DNA of 64,000 bases from Crassostrea angulata (Eukaryota), in the NCBI RefSeq assembly GCF_025612915.1, contig NC_069116.1:24643051-24707050 (forward strand), in the 5' to 3' direction. The position numbers were made by a program, and so were the translations under genes. Below, piece by piece: positions 50,371-61,964 of this stretch; position 1 is the first letter of the stretch, and each line of letters starts with the position of its first letter. The notes beneath the pieces are model-generated. The model made no database searches and had not been told where the DNA came from. It saw only the letters and a program-made list of their open reading frames with translations.

Positions 50371-52086
50371 TCATCCTTAGGCAAAGGGGATTCAAAGTTG
50401 TGAACATTAAGGGTCACACCCGTTTTCAAGGGGAGATAATTAGAATTTAATGAAAAATTTCGAGAAATTTTCAAAAATCTTCTTCTCAAGAACCAGAAAG
50501 CCAGGAAAGCTGAAACTTGTGTGGAAGCATCCTCAGGTAGTGTAGATTCAAAGTTGTGAAATTCATGACCCCCGGGGGTAGGGTGGGCCCACAATGGGGG
50601 GTCGAAGTTTTACATAGGAATATATAGAGTAAATCTTTAAAAATCTTCTTCTCAGAAACTAAACAGCCAGGAAAGCTGAAACTTGTGTGGAAGCATCCTC
50701 AGGTAGTGTAGATTCAAAGTTGTGAAAATCATGACCCCCAGGGGTAGGGTGGGGCCACAATGGGGGGTTGAAGTTTTACATAGGAATATATAGAGTAAAT
50801 CTTTAAAAATCTTCTTCTCAGAAACTAAACAGCCAGGAAAGCTGAAACTTGTGTGGAAGCATCCTCAGGTAGTGTAGATTCAAAGTTGTGAAAATCATGA
50901 CCCCCGGGGGTAGGGTGGGGCCACAATGGGGGGTCGAAGTTTTACATAGGAATATATAGAGTAAATCTTTAAAAATCTTCTTCTCAGAAACTAATCAGCC
51001 AGGAAAGCTGAAACTTGTGTGGAAACATCCTCAGGTAGTGTAGATTCAAAGTTGTGAAAATCATGACCCCTGGGGGTGAGGCCACATGGGGGGGGTGTTA
51101 AAGTTTTACATAGGAATAAAGAGTAAATCTTTAAAAATCTTCTTCTCAGAAACTAATCAGCAAGATGATTCTTTATAATTGTTAAGACTTTGGCTCCAGG
51201 ACAATTCTTCGGCCTCACAAGAAGGTTCAGAGTTTGATGTAGCAAAATATCCCATATATAAACAATTGTAAAGGATCTTTTTGAGAACTGCAATACTCAA
51301 CATGTGATACGACTATAAAATTGAAGCAGGCAGCTATTTTTTCATTAGAATCTTTTTGTATTTCTGTTTTGGGTTATTGCCCTTGATTTATTGATTCTTG
51401 ATTATTTTAATTAATGCATCCACTGTTAACCAATTATTGTGATGATTATTTTTATACAATAATAAATATTCAATGTATATAAGTTGTTTTGCATAAGTAG
51501 TTTTGGGTTAGGCTGGATTAGTTTGTTTATTTTTGATTTCCAATTTTTAGATACTATGAATTATTTTAGGCCGGCACATATATAGGGACAGTGTCTATTG
51601 CTTTGTACCGAGCGACTGTTTGGGGTTAAACTTGAACAGATACGGAGAGATTGAGGGTGTTAACATCCCTGGTCTATCTAATCTTCGTGTTTTTCTAACC
51701 AACGATACAGAATGTGTGGTCATTTCTGCCCTGTATCGCATTAATACAAATGTGCAGTCATACCTGCTTGCATTGGTGGTGATTGCGGCGCCTGCGTTAG
51801 GTTGAGCTGTTGGCACAAGTGTGCGGTCATCCCTGCTTGCGTTAACGTTGGTACCTGTTGAGTTGCGTAGGTGTGCGGTCATCCCTGCCTGCGTAACGTT
51901 GAGTCCCTATATATGTGCAGGAGCGGTGATTAAAGTCTGCTCTTGTAAATATTGGCAGCAATCAGGGCTATCCGAGTTCCAAGGGGGAAAAATGGATTTT
52001 ATTTATACAGGATCTACATGTATTAATGTACATTGTCCAGATTGTATTATGACTCCATTAAGCTGACTTTATCATACCTGTTGTTC

Positions 52087-52100
<14 letters not shown>
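50214..52100 (+). mobile_element. Pearl-like TIR element, second full copy with internal ~165-bp tandem repeats
   Basis: It has the same termini as 40256-41686 (ttagctcacctgag ... cctcaggtgagcgat at 52086-52100). A (GTCCGTCT)n run at 50262-50302 precedes ~4.5 internal 165-bp repeats. Confidence 0.65.
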
Positions 52101-52122
<22 letters not shown>

Positions 52123-52287
52123 AGCCTTTTCCTATCAGAGATTGTTGCATTAATTTTTCGAGTTTATTCTCTCTCTTGATTTGTAATCTGGTTGGTTGCT
52201 TTTGCTGGTATACATATAGGATATACATGTTTTTAAAAAATGTTAATGGTTTGTTCAATAAGAAATCATCAATTACTTGATTTGTAG

Positions 52288-52330
52288 GTTAAAGAATACA
52301 GGAACAAACTGAATGAGACACTTTCTACAG
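52288..52330 (+). CDS. PARP4: PARP4-like small exon
   Basis: Acceptor tttgtag, donor GTCTGT. Phase-consistent. Confidence 0.5.
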
Positions 52331-52471
52331 GTCTGTATATCTAACTCTTCAATTATTGCACCTTTCTAGTTTTGTTTTGGAAAGATATACTTCTCTTATT
52401 TCTTGTGATTTACTTCTTACTTTATTTCAAATGAAAGTATTTTTGTGTCATTTCTTTTTCTTTAATTTAAG

Positions 52472-52554
52472 ATGCACCTTACATCGACATGTGGAAGAGT
52501 GTGTGGGACAAAGATGGCACAATGAACTTTAAATATCTGCCACCTTTGAACGAG
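52472..52554 (+). CDS. PARP4: PARP4-like exon
   Basis: Peptide DAPYIDMWKSVWDKDGTMNFKYLPPLNE. Donor GTACAT. Confidence 0.55.
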
Positions 52555-52798
52555 GTACATGTATAAGTCATGCAAACTCAATTTATAGAAGATTATTGCT
52601 TTTAAGAGAGTTTGTCATTTAATGAACCTTTAATAAATATTCTTGGCAAGAACTGACTGCGTTTATTTTTGTTATTACTAGTATTTGTAGACAGAAAAGT
52701 GCAACTTGCTAGAGCTAAGTGATAATATTCTTGTCCTTACAAATCATAAGAATTAGAAATGTGATAGTCATTTAATAATTTAAATTGCATTTATGCAG

Positions 52799-52898
52799 GA
52801 TGGACTGTGGAGACTTGATAAGGATCTCGCTGAGGGATTAGCAATCAGTGCCGAAAAACTGGAACAGTTACTGAAGAATCAAGGCTTTCTGTCACTAT
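52799..52898 (+). CDS. PARP4: PARP4-like exon (MVP-binding region: DGLWRLDKDLAEGLAISAEKLEQLLKNQG)
   Basis: Matches human DGFWKLTPELGLILNLNTNGLHSFLKQKG. Donor GTAAGA. Confidence 0.7.
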
Positions 52899-53228
52899 GT
52901 AAGATAATACATGCAACATATTAACATTGTGGAAGTAATATCCTGCTAGCTATTTTAGACCATTACCTGCCTGTGACATTCAACACAGAAATATTTGATA
53001 GAATATTTGCAAAGGAAAAAATGTTAAATTATTTAGAATTTTTTCTCAAAATTATGGTACTTTTGATATCAAATTATTTCCCGGTACATGTACTACCTCT
53101 GATACAGAAAATGACGTAAAACAGAGGAACAAAACACAATGCATTGTTCTTGCATGTGTTTTAGGACCATCAATAATCATAATTCAAACTTTTTGTACAT
53201 TGAAGATAAAATTATTTTTCTTTCTTAG

Positions 53229-53554
53229 CAAAATCCATTCAGAGTGAGCTGTTACCTGTGATGGCCACTTTTCTTGTTGGTATAATCAAGTTTATGCATG
53301 AATTCAAAGAAAGAAAACTTCCAAAGTGGCTGTGTTGCTGCGAACATCTTCTTGACATATCCCCAAACATTTCTTCGGTGGTAGTCAGTTTTAAATGTAT
53401 GAAAGAAGTTGTCAGCATTGGGTTTGATTTTCCACTGGAGGCATCCATTCAGTTGGGAAATCGTAAACCAATATCGACTCCTTACATCAGAGATTTGGAT
53501 CTTGGGAAAAACCTGACACACCTTGTGGATTGCCTGTTACAGTCACTGTTCTAA
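53229..53554 (+). CDS. PARP4: PARP4-like terminal exon (MVP-binding domain) with stop
   Basis: Peptide ...LLPVMATFLVGIIKFMHEFKERKLPKW...ASIQLGNRKPISTPYIRDLDLGKN... matches the human PARP4 C-terminus. TAA at 53552-53554. Confidence 0.75.
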
Positions 53555-53608
53555 TTTTATGATACTATTGAAAAAGGACTAAGTTAAGAATGTAGAGCAA
53601 TATAATGG

Positions 53609-53670
53609 AACACACGGCTCAGTGGCCACTAAGTAAAAGGTCGCTGGTTCAAATCTCACCGTGGACATAT
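53609..53670 (+). repeat. tRNA-like / SINE fragment in the PARP4 3' flank
   Basis: ggctcagtgg...aggtcgctggttcaaatctcaccgtgg has box-A and box-B-like motifs. No complete cloverleaf is present. Confidence 0.3.
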
Positions 53671-55445
53671 GATGTGTTTGTGTGATTTTGAACAGAGTAC
53701 TTCTGTATCTGCATTTCCTCAACCCAGCCAGCTAAATCAACTGAAAGTTACCCTGCCATTGGCTAGTGTCCCATCTAAGAGGAGTTGATCATTCTCTTCT
53801 TCTAGACTAGATGACAACAGAGCAAGGGCTCAAAACCTAACAACCTTCTGGCTTGGAATGAATTTTATCAACTATCCAGTGCAATTTTTAAATTTGATCT
53901 CTATGTCAAACTGCAAAAGTTTAATTTGTTTCTTACAAAGCCAATGAAGTGATAGCAAATGTAGTTTATATTTGAGCTGTGATAGATTTGTATAACAGTG
54001 TCATATATTTTTATATTTCATATACATTGTATCTTTATTTGTCTGTGATATTGTCTGCAACATTCTTTATCCCATTCAAAAATGAAATTTATGGTCTACA
54101 GGTTAACTACATAAATTTAATTCTTATCATTGCAAAGTTAAATGATAGTAGATTTTAGTGGAGTTGTTTGGCTGCAATACATTAAGACGTTGATTTTTTA
54201 AAACCATAGTTGGAAATCCATGGTCAATTTAATGCAGATTGTTTTGCAACACTTTGTATTTATCATCTTTTGGGGGGGATCAATAATTCATTCATGTTTA
54301 CTTTTGTTTTGCAACTTCTATTTTTATTTTAATCTTGTCAACGACTTCCACATTTGTGTTTTAGTTTATCTCTAAATTTTTTAAATTCTTCAGTCTAGGC
54401 AACTTATCAATTCTTAATATTTTCTTTAATCTTGGATAATACTTTTTCATCAGTATTTTTTTTTACATGTGTAATGCTGATCTGTTTCTGAACATTCTTC
54501 TTAGACTAATACATAGTAAATAATTGGTTTTCCGTGCAATATTTTGTTTGAACATTCTTGTAATAGAAAATGATTGGTTTGCAATATTGTAATAAGCTTG
54601 TACTAAATTTATTGTTTTACAAATTAGAAATAAACTTTAAAATTCAATGTTGCTTTTGAAAATTGTTAACCAGGTGGAGTACAAAAATTTATTCTGCTTA
54701 TTCCTATATATTTTCATTTTCAACTGTCTTTGTCTGTAATAACATTACAAATCTCTTGGCTCTACATGTAGGTTTGTATGTTGAAATGCTACCCAGAGGA
54801 ATAATTGTTTGAAATTTATGCCTGCTACTTACAATTTTTACCCAGGCTCTGCTAAAAGCAGAGTCCTGGCAGTAGGCAGACAAATCGCCAATGTTACTAT
54901 AAATAGCACAACTTCAAAAGTAAACAAAAAACCAAACAGCGTCAAAGTAAAAGCTTCCGTTATACCAAATAGTTACAAAAAGAGCCATGTTTTGTCAAAA
55001 GTGTTGGCATTTTGTCTCTTTTCTTTTTTTTAAATTCCAGAGGAGAATTGTTTATCTTTTTAAGTTTTCTTATTAATAACATGTTTAAACAAGACTATGC
55101 ATTTTGGACACATACGATGCGCATGAATTTCCATGAACTACCTTGCTGCACATTGATGAAATGGGGATTGAATATATAATGCTTGTTGCAAAATTCAAGG
55201 CAGCAACTGTTGAACTTTTTTCTATTAGACAAACATATTTTTGTTTATAGTCGCTTACAAAATTTGGTCGCTCTCCAACGCTTTGCCAACATTAAAAGCA
55301 TGAGAGAGAGAGAGAGATTTTCAGTCTTTACCACACAATATGCATAAAGACACACCAAAAGAGCCCGGCTTTCAGTACTTTGATTGATCTTGTAGCTACA
55401 TGTAATTCAAACCACTTTGGAGAAAATAAAGATAAAAAAAATCAG

Positions 55446-55601
55446 TTAACAGTATAATTTAATGAGTTCATCACTGACAGCTGAGGGGGTGAGTACGCCC
55501 AGGTCGGTGAACAGTAGAGTGATGTAGGAAGGAGGAGTGTAGTCCACCAGGGGGTGCTCCTTCATCAGATCCGGACTAGACTTCAACACTTTTGCGTGGT
55601 A
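55446..55601 (-). CDS. EIF2B1: eIF2B alpha exon 9 (terminal; [51 protein letters not shown])
   Basis: Near-identical to the human EIF2B1 C-terminus ...[36 protein letters not shown]. Acceptor cag at 55602-55604(-). Confidence 0.85.
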   Translation of the reverse strand, partial: YHAKVLKSSPDLMKEHPLVDYTPPSYITLLFTDLGVLTPSAVSDELIKLYC

Positions 55602-56262
55602 CTGAAACCAAACAAATAATAACATGGTACATGATCTGTGACACCGACACTGTGTCAATGTTGTTGTTTTTTTTAAATATGATACTGAGTAAATGTATAT
55701 TCAGTAAATTTGTCATGCACAACCACACATGGTCTGTCAAAATTCATGGAGACATTTTTCAGAAAGGAATATAACCTAGAGAATATGAACACATCCAAAT
55801 AAATGCCAAAGGGCTGATTTAGAGTTGAAGGATTTAGAAATGAATTATATTTTCTGTTATATTAATGATCATATATGTATTTGCTATCATAATATGCAAA
55901 TGGGTTTCAGACCTAAGTGCATCATTGATACATGGTAATGTGACATCATAAGTGCTGAACAAGGAGATGCTGTGTATTTTTCTACATGCAATATAGAATA
56001 CAAATAACCCAAAAATCCACCAATCAGTGGTGTCGGAAGCAAATTGAAAGTGGGGGGGGGGGGGGGGGGTGGGGGGCTATACTTCTCAAATAATCTTGAC
56101 AAGCATTAAAAAAAAGTTTTGCTAATAGTTATGTCTAACTTTGCACCCAAAAAAAAGGGGGGGGGTATAATTATACTCTATTTTAAATACAATACTCTTT
56201 CAAAAATGGAGCTGTCATGTTTTCATTTATTTTCCAGCTGCTTTAACAAATAATACGGGTAC

Positions 56263-56388
56263 CTTGAATTGATTGGGAAGATCCTGTTGGTTGAGTGGAT
56301 ATAAACGGGCAAATTTAAAACTCTCAGCCACTACATAGAATGGTTTATTCATGGCCTTTGCTGTAAGTCCCAATGTGTATGTTCCAAT
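56263..56388 (-). CDS. EIF2B1: eIF2B alpha exon 8 ([42 protein letters not shown])
   Basis: Matches human [43 protein letters not shown]. Confidence 0.85.
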
Positions 56389-57029
56389 CTACAAAAAAAC
56401 CAAAGTGAATTTAAAAGTTGATAATGTACAAGTACATTGTATAATAAAGCTGACATAAAGTTTTACATACTGGTAGACTTAGGCTCTTGACTTACTTTTA
56501 CAGTGGCATAGATTCAAGTATAATTTGTGAAGCAAGAGAAATGGATAAACAATTTTGAAAATCCTAGGTTTTTTTGTATGGTATAAAATAACATGAGGGT
56601 TGCATTTAAATTATGCATTTATACTTTATATAAATTTCAAAAGATGTTCTCTTATAGCTGAACATGACTCGTGAAAAAGCATTTTCTGCCGTGCTTCTCT
56701 TTCCTTGTTGCTATCCCTACAACCCCTATATAAGCTGCAGACCTCTGAACATTTCTCATCTATGTGGATGAACATCTTGCATCAGTTTGTTACAGTAACT
56801 GCTTTAAAATGACATGATCTTACCTTTTGCATTTATTTGAGCCAGGAGAATAGTTATATCAAAAGCATGGGTCAAATGCATTATATAAAAAAAAAATTTG
56901 CAGAAAACAAGAAATGAAAAAGCAAAGCTAAGACAACATTAAGGGTTAATACACTGTATACCAATGTGCTGGTGCTTATTTATTGACACATTCAAATTCA
57001 ATAGCAAGTGTAATTCAGACTGTAACTGC

Positions 57030-57276
57030 ACACGACGTACACTGATAACCTATAGGTTTATATGAATCACCTTGTTAATGATTCCCCCACACGACATATA
57101 AGATTCATATAAATCACCTTGTTAATGATTCCCCCACACGGTGTATAACCTATAGATTTATATAAATCACCTTGTTAATGATTCCCCCACACGGTGTATA
57201 ACCTATAGATTTATATAAATCACCTTGTTAATGATTCCCCCACATGGCGTATAACCTATAGATTTATATGAATCAC
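57030..57276 (-). repeat. Tandem array (~53-bp unit x ~4.5) at the start of EIF2B1 intron 7
   Basis: Each unit repeats the last ~20 nt of exon 7 (ggaatcattaacaag) plus the donor GTGATT. This gives ~4 pseudo-5'-splice sites directly downstream of the real one. Confidence 0.8.
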
Positions 57277-57352
57277 CTTGTTAATGATTCCTCCACTCTC
57301 TACAACACCTTCTGCTCCCACCAGCACCATGTCCACTTTCTCCATCACATAT
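57277..57352 (-). CDS. EIF2B1: eIF2B alpha exon 7 ([26 protein letters not shown])
   Basis: Matches human [27 protein letters not shown]. Donor aag|gtgatt on the minus strand. Confidence 0.8.
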
Positions 57353-57516
57353 CTTTATATCAAAATAGAAAAGAAACTTTGTTCAATCTCTGGAACTAGC
57401 ATGATTAAACATGTACATTCATTTACAAGAAACATTTAAATTTTGGAAATCTTTTACAATCTTAGAATTTCGAAGATTTGTTTGATATGTAAAAGCATTA
57501 ATCAACAAATGTTTAC

Positions 57517-57585
57517 CCAACTGCAGCATCTAGTATCAATGTTGCCGGGATCTCCATGTCTTGAAGTTCATTATATGTTTCCAAA
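57517..57585 (-). CDS. EIF2B1: eIF2B alpha exon 6 (LETYNELQDMEIPATLILDAAVG)
   Basis: Matches human LCHLNVPVTVVLDAAVG. Donor GTAAAC. Confidence 0.75.
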
Positions 57586-57788
57586 CTAATAAAAAAAGAA
57601 AGAACTTGTATAAATAATTTTATATGATTAATAATAATCTGTTAGTAAATAACCATTTTTTGCTTTTTTATGCCCTAAAAATTGATTGCAAGAAAATGGC
57701 CATGGAGTTACTTATCAATAAAAACAACAATATCAGGCATGATAAACTCTTGTACATAATGGTAGACAACGAACTAGTTGCACTGACC

Positions 57789-58217
57789 CTGACTTGTTTG
57801 GTAGAGATTCTGTCACATACACATACGGACCCTGACTTGTTTGGTAGAGATTCTGTCACATACACAAACTGACCCAGACTTGTTTGGTAGAGATTCTGTC
57901 ACATACACATACTGACCCAGACTTGTTTGGTAGAGATTCTGTCACATACACATACTGACCCTGACTTGTTTGGTAGAGATTCTGTCACATACACAAACTG
58001 ACCCTGACTTGTTTGGTAGAGATTCTGTCACATACACATACTGACCCTGACTTGTTTGGTAGAGATTCTGTCACATACACATACTGACCCTGACTTGTTT
58101 GGTAGAGATTCTGTCACATACACATACAGACCCTGACTTGTTTGGTAGAGATTCTGTCACATACAGACACTGACCCTGACTTGTTTGGTAGAGATTCTGT
58201 CACATACACATACTGAC
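57789..58217 (-). repeat. Tandem array (41-bp unit x ~10.5) at the start of EIF2B1 intron 5
   Basis: Unit gtgacagaatctctaccaaacaagtc(a/g)gg|gtcagtatgtgtat is the last 28 nt of exon 5 ([10 protein letters not shown]) plus the first 13 nt of the intron. ORF 57668-57865(-) is a read-through of these copies. Confidence 0.85.
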
Positions 58218-58330
58218 CCCGACTTGTTTGGTAGAGATTCTGTCACATACACATGGAACCGTTTGTTGGATTGCTGAGCCTCTTTCAAAACTTGAAGGAC
58301 AACTCTGGACTTTGAGTGAGTCAATATTGT
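58218..58330 (-). CDS. EIF2B1: eIF2B alpha exon 5 ([38 protein letters not shown])
   Basis: Matches human [38 protein letters not shown]. Acceptor ttttcag. Confidence 0.8.
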
Positions 58331-58742
58331 CTGAAAAGGAAATAAAACTTTGTACGATTATTCACGATAAAATATGTCTGACAGTCATTCATACTGTGGT
58401 TTCATTGATATTAAAGGATATCAATTTTTGTGGATAAAATCACAGTTTCAAGGATACGTAAATTTGTGGCCAATGACCCTATCAATACAAAATATTAGTA
58501 GATGATATTTGCAGTTCAATGAATATTTAATTTCATGGATAAACTTAAAATCGAAATCAACGAAAATTGGTATTCAACGAATATTGATGAAACCACAGTA
58601 AAACGATAGATTTCATGAAAATCACTATTGTAGAAGTGAATTGGGTCCATCGTCCTTATTATAATAACCAAAATTATTGGCACTTCTAAATCGATCACTC
58701 AAAGTATAGACTGTTAGTACATGGAATATAACTTCCTCTTAC

Positions 58743-58859
58743 TGTGCCATCTCTAATGAACTGTTGAGCTTGTTTGCCAATTTTCTGACGAGAGTTCTTG
58801 ATCTTGTTTAAGAAGACATTTCCTCTTTCTACCAATATTCGCTGACAGTCCTGAATATC
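58743..58859 (-). CDS. EIF2B1: eIF2B alpha exon 4 (DIQDCQRILVERGNVFLNKIKNSRQKIGKQAQQFIRDGT)
   Basis: Matches human [37 protein letters not shown]. Donor GTAAGA. Confidence 0.8.
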
Positions 58860-59070
58860 CTGAAAACAATAAACGATACCCCACTGATTGCTTTTATGTC
58901 ATTTTTCACCAATATATTAAATATATCAATTAACCCTGCAAGGATTAGTACTTCTTTTAATGTAAAGGGGTTTATTCCTCATCTGCAGTCCCCTAATAAT
59001 CATTAAATCTATAACTAATTGACATCATCAATATAAATCTACTAATTAGAAGAACATTAGTGATATTTAC

Positions 59071-59210
59071 AGGGTGTTCTAAACTTGTGAGGGTGATGAA
59101 GCGAAGGAAAAGCTCTCCAGCAGAGGAGATAGAAGTAGTACTGCTGTCTGTTTCTGTAAGAATCTGAATTGCCTCCTTGAGTCTGTCTCGCAATTCAGCT
59201 AATGTTTCAA
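59071..59210 (-). CDS. EIF2B1: eIF2B alpha exon 3 (...[30 protein letters not shown])
   Basis: Matches human [30 protein letters not shown]. Donor GTAAAT. Confidence 0.8.
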
Positions 59211-59331
59211 CTACAAAATAAAAAGAATGGAATAATTTATGTCATCTTATTTTGAGCTTGCACGTTACGATTGACATTTTCTCTTTAAATAATTTTCTTT
59301 TCCGAAATTTATTTTTAAACATTTGACTTAC

Positions 59332-59433
59332 TCTTATTATTCTCTAGAAAATGCAGTAATGTCTTAATGGCTGCAACAGCTACTGATAGACTTGGATCCT
59401 CTTTGACAAGTGAATTGAAGTAAGATAAAATAC
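59332..59433 (-). CDS. EIF2B1: eIF2B alpha exon 2 (GILSYFNSLVKEDPSLSVAVAAIKTLLHFLENNK)
   Basis: Matches human [34 protein letters not shown]. Donor GTAAGT. Confidence 0.8.
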
Positions 59434-59864
59434 CTGGAAAAAAAATAAATATAAAAACATACATAAAGTAAGCATGGCAAGCACTGGGTTTTCTAAATTA
59501 ATGTAAAGTCCAGTTTTATCAGATACATAATATGTCTCTAGTTTTATACAGTATACTGTGGATTGTACAAAATATATCAATACAAGAATAGTCTTAAATA
59601 CATCTATAAAGGCTTTAATATACAGTTCATGTGATGAAAATGATGCCACATATACACTATAAATGTGTTGAACATATTATATGGTCAGGTGTACATTTCA
59701 TCACCAGACTGAGACATATTTTAAAAAAAATACATTTACTTATGTTAAGTTATTCATTATAAGTATCTTAACAGTTTATAGCTATATTAGTTAACATATC
59801 TACAATTATAATCACTCTAAAATATATTTTACATAGGGCTATAAAGCACATTTGTAATATTTAC

Positions 59865-59877
59865 CGTCTCTGTCCAT
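59865..59877 (-). CDS. EIF2B1: eIF2B alpha exon 1 (ATG; MDRD + 1 nt), donor GTAAAT
   Basis: ATG is at 59877-59875 on the minus strand and the phase matches exon 2. The nine exons total 912 nt (303 aa), against 305 aa for human EIF2B1. Confidence 0.6.
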
Positions 59878-60145
59878 GTTTGCATCAGCTGTGAAATTGA
59901 AAGTATAGAATTTTGTTAGCCCGTACTTAAAATATCAGTTTAAATCTATTAATGTGTTAGTTTTTCACATAGGCTATTCAAAATATGACAAAATCTGATT
60001 CAAAAAATGTATCTTAAAAAATACTGTATCACATTCATTGACGTTTTCTGTAACTAGGAATTTAAAATATTAATACGAATAAAAATTGAATGCTTTAACT
60101 TTTTTGTTGTAAAATGAAAGTGTAACATGCGAGCTCAGAGTCAAA
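59878..60145. promoter_or_regulatory. Putative bidirectional promoter between EIF2B1 (-) and GTF2H3 (+)
   Basis: A ~270-bp intergenic gap separates the two divergent start codons. The same head-to-head pairing is known in vertebrates. Confidence 0.5.
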
Positions 60146-60152
60146 ATGACAG
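60146..60152 (+). CDS. GTF2H3: GTF2H3 candidate first coding exon (ATG ACA G, GC donor)
   Basis: Only a phase-1 mini-exon ending in G can supply the Asp codon completed by exon 2 (G|AT). The donor GCATGA is non-canonical. Confidence 0.25.
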
Positions 60153-60245
60153 GCATGATATAATTTACACACACACTATTTGTAAAGAATTGTAGACCAT
60201 TTATAATGCATGCAGCAGCTGTAAAGTGATTTTTTATTTCTTCAG

Positions 60246-60337
60246 ATAATGTGAAAAGCCAACTAATCATCATCCTTGACACAAACCCAGTATGGTGGGG
60301 CCACAAACCATCATCTCATACAAAGGCACAGCAAAAG
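60246..60337 (+). CDS. GTF2H3: TFIIH p34 exon 2 (DNVKSQLIIILDTNPVWWGHKPSSHTKAQQK)
   Basis: Matches human [28 protein letters not shown]. Donor GTAATA. Confidence 0.75.
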
Positions 60338-60457
60338 GTAATACATGTATTCCCTTGCAACAATTGTCTCCATTACTCCTTCAGTAGAATGTTTACTGGT
60401 ATATTTTGTAAGCACTGATCTGAAATGGATTTATTTTATGCAAATTTCATTACCTAG

Positions 60458-60564
60458 ATGACTTTGACAGAATGCCTGAATTCTGTAATGGTTTTTGCCC
60501 ACTCTCACTTAATGATGAACCATTCCAACAAGTTGGCCATTATTGCTGCTCACTCAGACCAAAG
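60458..60564 (+). CDS. GTF2H3: TFIIH p34 exon 3 (MTLTECLNSVMVFAHSHLMMNHSNKLAIIAAHSDQ)
   Basis: Matches human [35 protein letters not shown]. Confidence 0.8.
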
Positions 60565-61964
60565 GTATTTATGATACAATTCTTAAACTTCTAGTTGTGA
60601 CTGTTTGACTTACAGACTTGGTTGGATATTATAGATTAATGAAGCTGATCTGAAGACTGATTTATTTATTAAAAACCAGAATGCTAGAATTCAGAGAAAT
60701 CTAGATTAAAATGTGTTCTAGGTTTGCTCTTGCTGAGTCTACTTATCAATCATCTGCACATAAAAAAATGTAACTCTATGGACTATCAGCCTTATTAGTG
60801 TGCGATTTTCTCGTCTATGCTTTGTTACATCATTTTCCTTACAAATGATGATTTAGTGTGTTGATGAAACGACGTAAAATGCACTGGTCAGTGGACCTTG
60901 GCAAGAATTGGTCATATGCCAGTAGTATTTTGAGCTTTGCAATGGAAAAATTAGATTCAAAATAAAAATAATCAACTGCTAGTGGTAGCTGAATACCTAA
61001 AATGGCATCTTACAATAGTGATGATAAAGCAAAAGAAATTCTTTTTGGGTAAGCGTTGGATAGAAATCATATGATGTTTTTTAATACATAGCCAAACTAT
61101 ATCTTAAAAATCGAAACAAAATGACTTTCCCGAATTGCTACTGTGTCTTTAGTTGGAAACATCTTACATTCTTGGAAGCTATTGTTTTCAAACTTACGGT
61201 GGGCCGCGGGTTTACCCCATAAAAAATCTCGAGAGGAAACATGTCCTGAAAATTTGTTAAATCATTATTTAGGATATACAGTTCATTATATAAATTTTTT
61301 TTCAAATTTGCCTATGCAATTTTCCTACGCTATTAGTATACAATGCCGCTCTAAACTTAGTATTGTTTGTGGTGCTGTTTTGACGCTTTTCTAAGGAAAC
61401 AGATAAGAAAATGAGCATATTTCTCTTTACATCCAAGATGGGAGTTATTTTGAGAAATTGCAAATAGCTTCTAAACAATTTACACAAATTATCAACTGTT
61501 TCTATGTTTAAAGAAAACGCGATTTATAAATTATTTATGTAAAAAAAAAAAATATGAGTTCTTGCTAGATATTTTGGTATTTTATTTTATGTTTCTGATT
61601 ATTCTACCAAAAATTGTCGCATTTTCATGAGCACAACGTCAAAAAATGTTAAACCTGTTCCACTTACTCAGTCATAGCAATCATTTAAAAACTAAATTCA
61701 GGACTGCTAAAGCTACAACTTTTACAGATTTAAGGTTCAAAGGACAATGCAGATTCTTTTTACATAAATATTGTCCACAAAAATACAGAAAAGAGAAATT
61801 ATTGTACATATGCGATTAGTCATAAACAAATGTGCACAAATCAGCTTGTGCTTTTTAATAGGGCATCCTGAAGATCTATATTAAATTTATTTAATGTTTT
61901 AAAGTAGTTTTTTGTCATATTTGTTTTCTGTGCATAGATCTACTTTTGTGAATTTTGTTTTCAG

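Larger units (their letters stand above)
9909..53554 (+). other. PARP4: PARP4-like (vault PARP) gene span, ~41 coding exons, ~43.6 kb
   Basis: The exon chain below aligns colinearly with vertebrate PARP4: BRCT, PARP regulatory and catalytic, VIT, vWA, and the C-terminal MVP-binding region. All splice phases are consistent. Confidence 0.8.

Noticed and set aside
53609-53670. Possible tRNA gene
   Set aside because: It has box-A and box-B-like motifs, but no acceptor stem pairing or canonical anticodon arm can be drawn. It is more likely a SINE or tRNA-derived fragment. The same applies to 3650-3735.
57668-57865. 65-aa minus-strand [26 protein letters not shown]...
   Set aside because: It is a read-through of tandem copies of the EIF2B1 exon-5 end, not a separate gene. 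The real exon is at 58218-58330.
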